A DNA stretch of 63,185 nucleotides, filler included, from Catajapyx aquilonaris (GCA_000934665.2; 2 parts of 2 records of this genome joined end to end with filler, not necessarily neighbours in it), one strand, 5' to 3'. Shown: positions 22,608 through 35,480, numbered from the whole stretch's first letter. Made by a program: numbers and translations. Notes: generated by a model not told the origin, from the sequence alone.

Positions 22608-23307
22608 CGAGATTCCGGAACCCACACCGTTTGGCTCAGGGTCGGACGGTCGGCCGGTCGTGCAGCCGTGCGGGCGTGAACCAACGCCGTGAACCAATAG
22701 TGTGGCTTCCGGAAGCCACACCACCTGGCTTGAGGTCGCACTCGCACGGCCCGTGTCGCGGTTTCAGACCACAGCCGCTGGTATAATAGGCCAAGAAACT
22801 TCACATTTCCCCCCGGACATTACAAAATGAGCTGAAAAATGTAATGCAAAACGACGCTGCAAAAGTGCATCAGGCTTGCAGGAACATGATTGATGATAGT
22901 CTACAGCAGTTCGCATGAAAACAGGGTGACTATGAGAGTGACAGTGTAACGGAGCAGCAACTTCACATTTTCCCCAATATATGGCATTCAGACAATTTGT
23001 TTAAAGTAAAAGTCAAGCAGTTGACGAAAATATCGCACTTCTTATGAACAAGGAACTTCACAAGCTGGAATTTCTCTCAGCGTAGCCGCAGACAAGTCCA
23101 ACTTTTTGATGGTGGCATTAGTATTATCATTATTATGCTCTCGGGGCCAATGCTGTCAATAAGGTTGTGGAGTGCCAGTTCGATTGTGAGCCTATGGTTT
23201 GTAGGTCCTACTGTTGGCCCTCCTCAGGTGGGGGGAGTGAGTGAGGGGTAGCGAGGAAGGGGAAGAAGGGGAGCTAAGCAGGGGACGATGACAGCAGACG
23301 GCCCAAG
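22608..23307 (-). repeat. Right copy of the inverted duplication; forms the upstream/promoter region of the SF3B6 pseudogene
   Basis: Reverse complement of 12400-13103; ends ~60 bp upstream of the SF3B6 ATG (aaacaaagATGGCGGC). Confidence 0.9.
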
Positions 23308-23754
23308 AAGGCAAGAGTCAATAGGTTATTGTGTGTATTTTGGACCCCGGTCCACCGTCTGTAACGGGAACAGCAACACAGCATGCCGGAACAACGCAAT
23401 AAATCGTGAGTTGACGCGATGCGAAAAATTAATAATAAATAATTACGCGACTGGAAGCAGCGCCGGATTTGCTATTGGGCAGAGTTGGAAATTGCCTAGG
23501 GGCGGCTGCAAGTTGCAATAAATATTTTTCAAATAGGCTACAATAATAAGAAATAAAGGCGAAATCATTTAAAAATGTCACAGATTTCGTCGGGGGGTTC
23601 CCATTGCCGGATTTGCCACTCCCTAGCCCAAGGTGAGTAAAATGATCTTGCAATTTTACCAACCTTGCTGTAGCCACAGGTGGTTCTGTGCAGGAGTACC
23701 TTACACTCATACAGTCATGTAAGGGTTACACATACCTGAATAGCACAGGCTCTA

Positions 23755-23779
23755 TTAGGTTAGGTTGGGTTGGGTTAGG
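23755..23779 (+). repeat. Short TTAGG/TTGGG pentamer tract
   Basis: ttaggttaggttgggttgggttagg. Confidence 0.6.
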
Positions 23780-24029
23780 TAAGTATATAGCGTAATTTGG
23801 TTTGGTTTGGGAAAGTTATGTTTATAAATAAAATTAAGTTGGCATTCCGGGTAGCGGGGGCTTTTCCCAGGACCACTCAGGACCGTTGCAGCGTACCGGT
23901 ATGTGTCTTTGGACAAAATGGGTGTTTCAAATTTTTTTAAAGAAAAAAAGTGATATCGCAAGTTTGTTTTATTAAATACAACACAAATGGCGGTGTATTA
24001 ACAACACTGCCAAGTACCGGGTTCAACAA

Positions 24030-24290
24030 AGGGTAGGAATAAGTTGTGAATTGTTAATTTCAGCAACCAGATTAACGATAAACAATAATCCAGGCAGGTG
24101 AATGTGGCCATGATTGTTGCTTCCACCAAGTTTCTTTTTGAAGCTAGTTTCTGCTTGGCTAAACAATCCATAGTTTATGCACCTGAACGCCTCTAGATGT
24201 GGACGTGAGCCACCTTACTTCGTCGGGAAACATTCTCTTTACGGCCGCGATCATAGTTAGCTAAGTTTGTTAGGAATGGTGACAGTTTAT
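24030..24290 (-). mobile_element. Degenerate Harbinger/ISL2EU-type (DDE_Tnp_4) transposase C-terminal remnant
   Basis: Minus strand LSPFL....KENVSRRSKVAHVHI*R(A)FRCINY resembles the PPFL...EV..TRRIA..RIHVERAI.RIK.Y signature; it contains a stop and a frameshift. Confidence 0.4.
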
Positions 24291-25141
24291 AGACTGTGGA
24301 ACCTCTCACACTAAATGGGATACACTTGTAGGTATGATTCCCACAGATACTGAGCTGAATAGCTGACTTTTGCAATATGGCTATATTGCCGGCACTGATC
24401 TGTCGTTTTGCAATATCAATGGCTAAAACGCGAATATTCTACCTATATAATGTTGCATTGATATTGCACGGTATAGATCACTCTGAAGCCTGCCTATAGC
24501 GGACCCTGGACACCAGCGGAAACTTGCCAGTAGCTACATCGGCATAGGAAAATGTTCCTTCCCAAAACCCCTCCCGCTCCCACTTTTATGGATTTTCATC
24601 GTTTTGGGAACATATACATCCCNCCCCCAAGGTAATGAGTGGACCTAATTTCATCCTTCTACCATGTCGGGAACTTGGAGAGATATGTTAGAATAACAAA
24701 CACAATTGATGGATTTTTAAATAAGATTTTACTGTATGTATGTATAATGGGGTCATCCTGCGTGCCAGGTGACGCGCCAAACAAGCCTGCTACACGGGCC
24801 GACTGTGGGAAAGGATAATGACCCTTATTTATCAGCGTACTGCACCGGTGCGATGTCTGGGTCGATCTAGGGCCAATCTAAACTTAAATGTGGTTATCTT
24901 CGTAAAGAAGACGAAACTCAAAGTCTTGGAAAATCGCACGAAGTCTAAGTCCGAGAGGAAGTGCGAACCTTTAGGTTGGTACAGCGTGCCCCTACCCCTG
25001 CCACATTAGGTCTCTCGATATGAAGGTCTTACCCCGGTCACTCCTAGGCCAATCAGAAAATACTGCCAAGTCTAATCAGAAATTCAGAAATGGCCTAATT
25101 TGACATACCATGATAAACATAATTATGTGTGGCCTTTTATA

Positions 25142-26120
25142 CAGGGGTTAGAAAAAAAAATGAACACCTGCCAAAAGGGTTTGAAATTTTGCGTCTGTTT
25201 TATTTTATTCCAAAACTGAAAAAGTTACAAATACTGTATAATTTTTACCCGGTTTTGAAGCATCGTCGATGTAAATTTGTGGGGGTATGCAGATGACGCA
25301 AAAATCAGGAGAGGGGGGAGAGAAACAAAAGACGAACGACACCCCCCCCCCCCACCCCATTTTTGACCAAAGTGTTCCAGGCTTGTCATTTGAAAAACAA
25401 AATATAGTTACGGATATGAACTTTACTGGATTTTGAAGCTATATCGATGTCACTTTGTGTGTGAGGTATAGCTAGATGGACCAATAATCATGCGAGGAGG
25501 TGGGGAAAAAAAGAAACGAAACCCCCCACCCACGGCACTGATTTAAAGAATAGGATGATTGTACCGTGTTGGACAAAAATAATAACGGATTTTTTAACTA
25601 TCTGTATACCACAAAGTGACATAAATATATAGCTTAAAACCCAGTGCAGATCATTTCTGCAACTGTTTTGGTTTTCTAATTAAATATTACTCATATTCTT
25701 TAGACTTAGAGCAGTGCCGGAGAGGGGGGGGGTGTCACTTCTCCTTTTTTCCTCGCCCCCTCGCATGATTATTGGTCCATTCCTCATACCTAACAGTGAC
25801 ATCGAAAGAGCGTCAAAACTAGGTAAAGTTATATAGCCTAAGCCTAAGTAACCGGCCTAAGTAACTATTTTGGTTTTCAAATGGCATGCATATAATTCTT
25901 GGGTAAAAAATGGGACCGGGGGGGGGTGGGTTATCGTTCGTCTTCTGTTTCTCTCCTCCTCTCGTGATTTTTGCGTCATCTGCATACCCTCACATCTACA
26001 TCGACGGGGCCTCAAAACCTGGTTAAAGTCATATTTGTAACTTCTCCAGTTTTCGAATAAAACAGACGCAAAATTTCAACCCCTTTTTGCAGGTGTTCCT
26101 ATTATTTTGTCTAACCTCTG
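25142..26120. mobile_element. ~980-bp TA-flanked foldback element with internally repeated sub-arms
   Basis: ta|CAGGGGTTAGA..AACACCTG ... CAGGTGTT..TCTAACCTCTG|ta; paired segments gtatgcagatgacgcaaaaatca / tgatttttgcgtcatctgcatac and ggaccaataatcatgcgagg / cctcgcatgattattggtcc. Confidence 0.8.
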
Positions 26121-26648
26121 TATGTCGGACTCCACTTGCTGAAAGATTTTGAGAGTGAAACGGGAGAATATGAGAAAAACCACCTAAGGGGACAGATACC
26201 GTCAGTTTCCCGCCACTTTTCAGGCAGAGGTCCGAGTGAAATATATTCTGGTGCTCATCAGATGTGTCTTCTATTGACTCATCCTGGCACTCCATTATAG
26301 AAATGGCCATTTGCACTGCATGGAGGAAGGTTCAGGGTTGTTCTTTCTGGACGATGCGAATCGGACGATAATCGATTGATTGGTAGCAGCGCATTTTCGA
26401 GTTGATGCCACAGGGGACAGGGGCATCGTGATGGTGACAAGTATTATAATTTTTGATACATCAGTGTGCTGTAGCGACATCATTTATCAATCATGCACAC
26501 CCCCTTACCGTTATATGCTGAAGTAGTAGGCCTAATAACATTCATCTATTCCTTAGGTATAATACACCGGCCATTTTTCAAAATAAACCCTAACCTCAGT
26601 TTGCCAAAACCTTAACGCATCATCATGAACACATTGTCTAATAACACA

Positions 26649-27642
26649 CACTGCACTCCCGATTATCCGGGCTAATGACTGCACGGGTGTCGCCGGATAA
26701 TCGGAAAACACGGATAATCGGAAAATTGTCCTAGACACTGTAAATATGAGCTATTCACTGGTTTTAATGTACTATACTGTACATAATGTATGCTGCCTTA
26801 ACTATAAGGTTCAATCAAAATAATAAAACTTACCATAGATTTTTAGTTCGTCTTCTAGAAAAGGTCTGTTATATACAGGGTGTCCTACTATGCCTACTTA
26901 CTTTACCCGGCATTTATTTAATAACATACTCTAACACGAATGAAGATATAGCAACTATTTGAACTGATGTAACTGTATTATGTGAGAAAGGAAATGGCAT
27001 TGCAACATGTGCTGGAAATAGTGGAAATGGCCACCATTTGCGTCCAGCAGGCAGGCCTGAACACGAAGCTTCACATTTTGGAAGGTCCTGGCCAGCATGT
27101 CCTGAGACACTGCCTGAATTTCTTGGATGATGTTTTTCTTTCAATGCGTCGATGGATCGTGGTCTGTTTAGGGGAAGGGCTGTAGTTACTAGAGTCTGTA
27201 GTAGGAAGCGCACGCCATCTATTTATTCAGAATGCAGCTATACATAAAAAATGCAACTAATTCAAACTTCAAACATTGTTCACTCCAACAATAAAACACC
27301 ATCCAAGAAATTCAGGCAGTGCCTCAGGACATGCTAGCCAAGCCAGGACCTTCCAAAATATGGAGAGATGTGTTCAGGCCTCCCTGGGCGCAAATGGTGG
27401 CCATTTCCAGCACATGTTGTAATGCCATTTCATTATTTTCTCAGATATACGAGTATAATAAGGTTAGAGTTCAAATTTCGCTGCGATATCTTCATTCGTG
27501 TTAAAGTTATTACAGAAATGCCGGGTAAAGTAAGTAGTGGGGCACCCTGTGTTTCTTCGTTGGCGAAACATATCATTGACATTTTTTGGACATTTTTTGT
27601 GATGCACGGATAATCCGAAACCGGATAATCGGGAGTACAATG
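26649..27642. mobile_element. CACTGTACTCCCG-family MITE (copy 2), containing a nested CAGGGTG MITE
   Basis: cactgcactcccgattatccgg ... ccggataatcgggagtacaatg; interrupted at a TA by 26876-27549. Confidence 0.8.
26876..27549. mobile_element. Tc1/mariner-type MITE (CAGGGTG termini), nested
   Basis: ta|CAGGGTGTCC..CTACTTACTTTACCCGGCATTT ... AAATGCCGGGTAAAGTAAGTAG..GCACCCTG; long complementary arms. Confidence 0.82.
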
Positions 27643-28951
27643 TATTGTCATAAAAATATTACAGTATGCCTATAATGTAAAGTAGAAAAATCGAACATTA
27701 GCAGTAAGTTACATGTACATCAAGAGCTCTTGTAGGTCTATACTTATGAGATGCTGGACAACTCTGGGTTGTGCATATACAGTATTAGCAACAGAGGAAC
27801 GCTTCACTGCCAATTCCATTGCACACGAAAGACATGGTACGGTATGTCATTTACAACATTAGCCTATAGGCATTCCAGTGCAGATCAGCTTGCATTTAAA
27901 AACTTATACCAGTTTGCAAGAAGAAAAAAACAGGCTGTAGATGTTGAGGCATACGCAGAGCTGCATATTATCGGTTCACTCGCGTGATAGGTGAGAGCAA
28001 GCGTACTTGTTATTGGGTGAGTCGCAGTGAAAATTGTCCGTGATCAATAAGAGAACAAAGGATAGCGGTCTGCGAGCTGGAACTGCAGCCTCGAGAGAAA
28101 AAAATTGACGTATGGATGTAGGTTTCTGCTTCGTGCACTTTTAAAAGAAATATTTACCGTACTTATTATTGCACCAATAAGGTATTCACATAGGTAGGTT
28201 TGAATGTATCGAGCAGAATACATCCGGCTATAATTCAGGGGGTTCTTAAAGTGGCCATGGACACATGAGGTCCGTGTATGAGTGAAAAAATAACATCTCA
28301 ATTTTCGCTAATTTAGAATTTTCGTAATTACGAATATGGGTACAGAAGTAGTTTTGAAGTACAGTACCTACGTCCTATGACCATGTAATCCATACAAACT
28401 GCATACAGTTTCATATCACATAAATTCCAGAAAAGCAGAAAGATCATAATCCCATTTGATTAATTATGAAATAATTATGATTGCTTGAAGATTCCATTAT
28501 CCTTTATGGAATGAATCTTTTGCAGACATTTCTGTAAGTGGGCTGTAAGTTATCTATCAGATAACTCACTTTACCATCAGAAAGTAGGTAGGCTTACCCG
28601 AGGTACCCTTAGAAAGCTATAAGTTCTTAAACAATGCCTAAATAAATTTTTACTAAAATGTGACTTTGATCCTTATGTAGTGTTTCAGGTTTTCACATTA
28701 GACTACAGATTACAGACACGGAGTATCAAAATAATAATTATATAGATACGCTTATCAATACTATCACTCTACTTACTCTAGCCATGCATATATCATCATA
28801 TTATAGTATGTCAGGGGGTGAAATATTCTGATGCAAATGTGCAATTTGCACTCCAAACTTACCCTTGGAGTGCAATGTTTGCACTCCAGTTGGTCCTGCT
28901 TTTTAACATGGGTAAACCAAATAATTAAAAATGATACACTTCAAGTAGGTA

Positions 28952-29287
28952 CACTGTACTCCCGATTATTCGGGTGCGGATTATCCGTGCATCGCCAAAA
29001 CAAATGAAAATAAATCGTCAGAAAAAAATGTCAATATATTTCTCAAACAAAGAAATATGACATACTCGTACGGTATTTTTTTCAATGAGACAAATTTAAA
29101 ATGTGTGGGAAGTTTCATTATTTAATATTGATTAAACCATATTGAAAGCACATACAGTAGTTCATTATAAACCTCTGAACAGCTCATTTTTACGGTATCT
29201 GGACCCAGCATTTTCGGATTCTCAGAGTTTTCCTATTATCCGGCGACACCCGTGCAGTCATTAGCCCGGATAATCGGGAGTACAGTG
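28952..29287. mobile_element. CACTGTACTCCCG-family MITE (copy 3)
   Basis: ta|cactgtactcccgattatt ... ggataatcgggagtacagtg. Confidence 0.82.
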
Positions 29288-29469
29288 TGTATTATCATTT
29301 TGGACAATAACATTTTACATAAAAACTGCATGATGCTTCGTATACAGCATGCAAACTGTGCGTCACTAAAATGTCCAGGATGTTGTCAGTCACGCAACTT
29401 TTTAGGGGTATTTTTCTGTATGTTGAATGAGATACATCCCAAAGTACCCAGTTCGACTGCCCCTTTTGA

Positions 29470-29791
29470 CGTGGATACGTCTTCAAAATTGGATCAGGGG
29501 GCATGCAGGCAAACCCGAGCGTTACAGAAAAGCGTTACAGCAGGGTCCTGCCAGGGGGCCCATGGCGTCGCATGCAGGCAAACTCGAGCTCGAGCGTTAC
29601 AGAAAAGCGTTACAGCAGGGCCCTGCCGGGGGGCCCCGCCGGGGGGCCCATGGCGGGGGCATGCAGGCAAACTCGAGCGAGAAAAGCGTTAATCTATTAT
29701 AACCGAGTCTGCTATAACCGACGCGACGCTTTTCTGTAACGCTCGAGTTTGCCTGCATGCCCCCTGATCCGATTTTAAAGGCGTATCCACG
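29470..29791. mobile_element. Foldback element with internal tandem copies of its arm motif
   Basis: cgtggatacg..ggatcagggggcatgcaggcaaa ... tttgcctgcatgccccctgatcc..cgtatccacg; gcatgcaggcaaaYtcgagc occurs 3 times on the left side. Confidence 0.65.
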
Positions 29792-29813
29792 CCTGCATGC
29801 CCCCGCCATTATA

Positions 29814-30375
29814 CAGGGTGTAAATGAATTCAACCGACAAACTTCTCGGGGTGATAGAGGGGACCAAGACAAACATTTTTGACATAGGAAACCGTGTCCG
29901 GAAACGCCATCTAGAGGGGGTTCATAGACGAGGAACGGGTGCGCTCAGACGTGTCACGCGAGAGGCGCAAGTCGAGCGGACTGTTTTGTTGATAGATGGC
30001 GCGCAGTTGTTGCCAGGTTATGGCGTATCGCGTCGTTGTAAGTAAACAACAACACGATACGCCATAACTTGGCAACAACAGAACCGCTGTTGACTATCCG
30101 CGCGTCTCCTAGGAGGCGGACTTTAGTTGCTAGATGACTCTGTTGTTGCCACGTTATGGCACATCGTATCGTTGGTTACTATCCGAGCGCCATCTATCAA
30201 CAACACAGTCCGCTCGCCTAGCGCCTCACGCGTGACGAGTCTGAGCGCACCCATTCCTTGTCTATGAACCCCCTCTCGATGGCGTTTCCGGACACGGTTT
30301 CCTATGTCAAAAATGTTTGTCTTGGTCCCCTCTATCACCCCTAGAAGTTTGTCGGTTGAATTCATTTACACCCTG
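29814..30375. mobile_element. Tc1/mariner-type MITE (CAGGGTG termini, TA TSD)
   Basis: ta|CAGGGTGTAAATGAATTCAACCGACAAAC ... GTTTGTCGGTTGAATTCATTTACACCCTG|ta; ~190-bp arms give identical mirror ORFs (MNSTDKLLG...). Confidence 0.9.
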
Positions 30376-30454
30376 TATAGTCGAGAAAAGGGAAACATAA
30401 TATAGGTTGAGCCCGCAAATGCTGTGTCCCCGACACGGACCTCCCCTCCCCTTA

Positions 30455-30679
30455 AGTGGCGTTCAGACGAGGCAACTTGGTTGCAGCAACGTGGCTACAA
30501 CCTGGTTGCATTCAACCTGAAATACACGGAAATAGGAAGTTGCAGCAACCAAAAAACGCTGCAACTTTTCTGCAACCGGGGGCTGCAACCAGATTACTAT
30601 TCTCTCCGTGTATTTCAGGTTGCATTCAACCAGGTTTCAGCCACGTTGCTTCAACAAGTTGCCTCGTCTGAACGCCACT
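30455..30679. mobile_element. PIF/Harbinger-type MITE (TTA TSD)
   Basis: tta|AGTGGCGTTCAGACGAGGCAACTTG ... CAAGTTGCCTCGTCTGAACGCCACT|tta. Confidence 0.85.
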
Positions 30680-30682
30680 TTA

Positions 30683-30905
30683 CGAGTACGTCTACGGCCA
30701 GCAGCTACGAGAAGTTCTACGAGTATACGTCTACGAGAGCAGTACCGTACGAGAAGTAGACGCAAGCAGAGGCCTTAGAGTAGTCCAGTAGCGGTAGCCT
30801 ACGAGAAGCAGTACCCTACGAAGTACGAACAGCAGCCACGAGCAGTAGTCTATACGAGAGCAGTACGAGAAGTGCAGGCAAGAAGAAGCCATATCAAGAA
30901 GAAGC
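30683..30905. repeat. Degenerate short-period repeat (TACGAGAAG / GCAGTA units)
   Basis: Repeated tacgag(a)agcagta-like units. Confidence 0.6.
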
Positions 30906-31435
30906 CTGCTTACCAGCATGCCTCCCTTTCTATTGCCTAACTCTGTACCAATACCTCACTATACTGTATTGTAAACCCTTTAAGGTGGAAATGAAGCGAC
31001 TTGCTAATCAAATGAGAGTCTAGAATTGGAATGTTAATAAGAAGGGCTAAAATCAGGGAAACATACGCGACCGATGCAGCAGTAAACGCTGTTCAATCCT
31101 ATGCATTCCATTCGAATCTGCGTTTTAAACTCGATTTAATATGGGCCTATTGCCGGCTGCAAGTTCTTGTGCGCAGGCGCCATTTTCACACTTGCCAACT
31201 TAAACATGGTATTCGGAGGTGTGCTTAATATTTGTTATTTTTGATGGAAATCGATTTTATTCGGTCGTAATTACGAGGTCCCAATTTGTCATGGCATTTT
31301 TAAAAGTTTAGTTCCGAAAGGGGAGCCTGTAGCTCTTAATTTGTGTCGGATTTGGAACACGTTCAGTTGGTACGCGGGTGACAGATAGAAGCGGCAACGC
31401 AGCAAAGCTCCGGGCCAATTATCGCGTAGCAATGT

Positions 31436-31535
31436 NNNNNNNNNNNNNNNNNNNNNNNNNNNNNNNNNNNNNNNNNNNNTTAATTAATTAANNNNNNNNN
31501 NNNNNNNNNNNNNNNNNNNNNNNNNNNNNNNNNNN
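31436..31535. other. Assembly spacer: 44 N + TTAATTAATTAA + 44 N
   Basis: Exactly 100 nt with a central linker giving stops in all six frames; artificial. Confidence 0.95.
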
Positions 31536-31627
31536 GCCATAATTATTGCAAAGGTTACTACCAAATCAATGAGTCACTCCTATGGAAAAGTCTTTCATAA
31601 CCCGAGCAACGCCGGGTATCCTGCTAG
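31536..31627 (+). mobile_element. Helitron 3' terminus
   Basis: Subterminal hairpin CCCGAGCAACGCCGGG followed by tatcctgCTAG|t, the canonical Helitron 3' end; the rest is lost in the gap. Confidence 0.78.
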
Positions 31628-33649
31628 TATATTTATAAACAATATCAATTGACTTATTTTTATAATATTGTATTTTGTTTATAATATTACGTACCAGTAT
31701 TAATAACCAGCAGTATATAATTATAATAAATAAAATATATTTTCTTTATGATAATAATATAATATAATATATAATTTATTGCTTTATTAGGTTTCATAAT
31801 TCAATCTTATTTATTTATTTGTGTACTAGTGTTATTTTTAAAATTCAATTATTTGAATTATTTGCTTAATTATTTAATTAATTTACTTGTTAATTAATTT
31901 TACTTGTCAATATGTTTATTTTTATATTCAGTTATCAATTTTAGCAATTAATATATTCAGTTGTAATTTTTATTTACTGGATATGTTTATTTATTTATAA
32001 TATTTATTTACTGGTTATATTTATTTATAACATTTATTTACCTGTTATATTTATTTATTTATTACATTAATACTATTTACATTTGCTTAGTATTCTTGGC
32101 AACAATCACGCAATGAGGGAGCTCCACACATGCGCACAAAATTTTTGACGCTAGATGGCGCTGGCGAATCTACCCAAACGCCATCTACCGTCCAATATTT
32201 CCTCCCCTCTTTTGTTTAGCGCCCATGCACTGATTCCAGTTATTTTACTGTCCATTTAAACGCCCAGTTTTTTCGCTCCTGTCCCACCATCCCGAGCTCT
32301 CCAGTCCCCGGATGACTTATGCTGAAACGAATTGTAACAGCGATACCGGGATGATTATCCTTGTCGCACTTAGGCTTCCAAACAGAACGTAACGAGCATT
32401 CCCCATGGCGTTTGATTCCCATGTAACTGCAGCAAAAACTCATTTTTTTCCCGGGGTGGAACCGGTACTTATCACACCATGGGGCGTATTTTCGTACTAA
32501 GCGCTCTTTGCATCGTGTTGGCGGGATCATCAATTCTATTTTTTTTAGAGAGAGAGTGTGTGAGGTGGGGGTGTTGGAAATAGGGTTTTGGAGGGGTGGA
32601 GGGGGAGGTAGATAGTCCCGCATTCCTTACGTCCGGATTATAGGCGGGCCCGGATTTTGCGAGCGATAACAAGGTTATTTATGACCCGCAACGTTAATAC
32701 GCACACGATAGGTAAGAGAAAAAGGGGGCGGTTCATTTTTGGGCCGAATTGATAACGACGCCCGACTGGTTCTAATTTATACGAATTTTTGCAGGGGTTT
32801 TTTTGGGTCATTTTTCGTAACTGAAAATTGCGAAAAAGCAAACGGTGGAATGGTGAGGTTCAAGTGTTTCCAACAGGTGAAAATATGAGATGTCAAGGTC
32901 ATCAATGTGCGACTCAGGTCTCTACTGAGAATTAAATTTTAATCTCTTAAAAAATTAACATTAAAAATTCAACTCGGTGTCTGATTGGACGATATTCCCA
33001 TTGGCATCTTGATTTAATTATTTTCATATACAGTACGTTAGCTATGTGCCTACATTTTGCGCCTAATTTTCGCCAGTTTTTCATTTGGTCTGGTTTTCTC
33101 TAGACAGCAAGGAACAAAAAAATAATAATAAAAAAATCCTCTAAATCTAAAGTGAGGTGCCTGCCCAATTTTCCCCCGTGTACTCCACATTTTCTGGTTT
33201 TCTGATCACTTTTAGTTCCAGTTTTTTTTTTTCATATTACCTAGCAGGGTTTCAAATGTATGGATCAAAAAATAGCTGGAGGCCCTAAGATCTTTTCCAC
33301 TAGGGCAGATTTTGTTCATTAATTATTTTTTTAATTATGCCCGAGATCGACATCCGGATGTTTGCATAACATTAATACACGGAAGGGGAGGGAAATAGCT
33401 TTTACTCCTCTCTAGAAACTCCCCCCCCCCTACCCCACATTTTTGCAGATCAAATACCTAATGCATCCTGAATTAGTGGCCGTCTTACTCTATTTAATTT
33501 CAGAGTGTTTTTTTTTTTGAAAAAGAGCGATGGGGGATGGAGGAGAAAATATATGAAAGTTATAAAAGGCTTTTGAGCCTTTTAAAGAGATAGATTGGCC
33601 CATTTTCAAAAACATGGAGCCTGCCAACCTAACTGACAATACTGCCAAA

Positions 33650-33916
33650 TATTTTATTTTATTTATTTATCATACCCCGTGCTAGAACCTTTGGCTCCCT
33701 TAGGGGGGTGGATTTCCACCTTTGGATGGGACAAGGGATAGGGAAGGAAGGAAGCGGCTGTAGCCTATTTTTACGGAAACTACCCCGGAATTGTCCTGGA
33801 GGGGACCACAGAAAACCACAGAAAACCATGGTCATGGTCGCCTGCCCCGGGATTCGAACCCAGGGCCTCCCGATTAGCAGGCGGGCTCCTTATGCCCTAC
33901 ACCAACCTGCTTCGGT
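33650..33916 (-). mobile_element. tRNA-derived SINE with (TAAA)n tail
   Basis: Minus-strand B box GGTTCGAATCC (33850-33860), (TAAA)n tail and a 12-bp TSD aatactgccaaa at 33638 and 33917. Confidence 0.85.
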
Positions 33917-33973
33917 AATACTGCCAAAAAATATTGTTAAATATTTATCTAGAAAATAGTGTTTCCACAAAAT

Positions 33974-34492
33974 AGCGCTTTTACATAGTAGCGTTCTTAA
34001 TAGCTCTCTTACATAGTAGCGGTCCTACATAGTAGTGCTCTTTCAAATTAGCCGTTCTTCCAAAGTGGTACTCTTACATAGTAGTGCTCTTACAAATAGC
34101 ATTCTTACATAGTTGCGTTCTTACAAAGTGACGCTCTTACAAAGTGGCACTCTTACATAGTAGTGCTCTTACAAAGTGGCACTCTTACATAGTAGTGCTC
34201 TTACAAAGTGGCACTCTTACATAGTAGTGCTCTTACAAAGTGGCACTCTTACATAGTAGTGCTCTTACAAAGTGGTACTCTTACATAGTAGTGCTCGTAC
34301 GTACAAAGTGGCACTCTTACGTAGTAGCGTTCTTACATCGTAGTGCTCTTACAAATAGCATTCTTACATAGTAGCTCTCTTACAAAGTAGTGCTCTTACA
34401 TAGTAGTGCTCTTACAAAGTAGCGTCCTTACATAGTAGCGTTATTACATAGTAGCGTTCTTAGTAGCCCTATTACAAAGTAGCGTTCTTACA
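33974..34492. repeat. 16-bp minisatellite with a 32-bp higher-order core
   Basis: Alternating ctcttacatagtagtg / ctcttacaaagtggca. Confidence 0.9.
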
Positions 34493-35413
34493 AAAAGAAG
34501 TTCCCAGATAAATAGCGTCTTGTTGACGTCATCCAACTGCAGCCCTTTGATTGGTTAAGAGACTGACAGGAGAATATCGAATCAGAGCTGGAGTATAATT
34601 CCTCCAGGCCCCAGTTCTCTCAGCTGCGATCCTCCAGCTCCGTTTACGTAATATCTTCCCGTAAGAACAAGGGTGGCGTTTCGAATAAGGCTCTTGATCC
34701 GTGCAAATGTTCAGTTAGTCTGTCATTTTGAGGCAATCCAGAGGGCGTGCTTTGCTGGAAGTTCTGCGGCTGCACTATTATTTCTTATTGCCGGCTTAGC
34801 GGCATCCGGTTAGGGAAAACGGGGATTTGCTTCAAGGAGCCAAGCCAAGCCATGTTGCCGGATCGATCTTTCCAAAAGCTAGGACGACTCCCAAAAGTAA
34901 ATATCAATTTGGATATGGTGGGGGGGAATCCCTAATTTGCTTTTCGGTTGGGATATTTATGTCGAGACGACAAATTTCACGCCATGTTAGAGTCGCAACA
35001 TGATGACGCTACTTGACCTGTGACCGATCCTGGTCTGACTGTAGGTAACAGAAACATCTCGTTTAATGCAACCGTTTAAACTGCTCGTTAAGAGGAATAG
35101 CTGTAGATACAGTATGAAGACCACAGTATTGTACAGTACTTCCTCTGGTGGATGTCCATCCGTACAAAATGCAAGAAGAGCCGAAATGTCACTAGTAATA
35201 CCTGAATAAGGCTTTTAACCAGCTACGGACCAAAGCGCGATTTCTGGATAGCGGTGACAAACGTGATTGTCACTTTTGAAAAGCGCGATTTTAATACACA
35301 ACAGGTATCCGCGATTTTAAAATAGCCGTGATTTTTAAGCGTGACATGATTTTTGCCTAAGCTCTACTTCTATATAGGAGACGCGTTACTTTACCATTAT
35401 CCTTCCCTAATTA

Positions 35414-35415
35414 TT

Positions 35416-35446
<31 letters not shown>

Positions 35447-35480
35447 GGTATACCCCGTACTCAAGCCCTCGGCTTTGTCT
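35414..35480 (-). mobile_element. 5'-truncated retroposon 3' end
   Basis: (TAAA)n tail after ...gtacggggtata, flanked by TSD ttccctaatta (35403 and 35481). Confidence 0.6.

Noticed and set aside
23755..23779. Interstitial TTAGG telomere or fusion site
   Set aside because: Only five imperfect units; such tracts are common inside arthropod repeats.
29824..30365. Pair of near-identical ORFs on opposite strands (MNSTDKLLG...)
   Set aside because: An artefact of the MITE's inverted arms; the same applies to the ORFs at 5816-6138 and 51873-52327.
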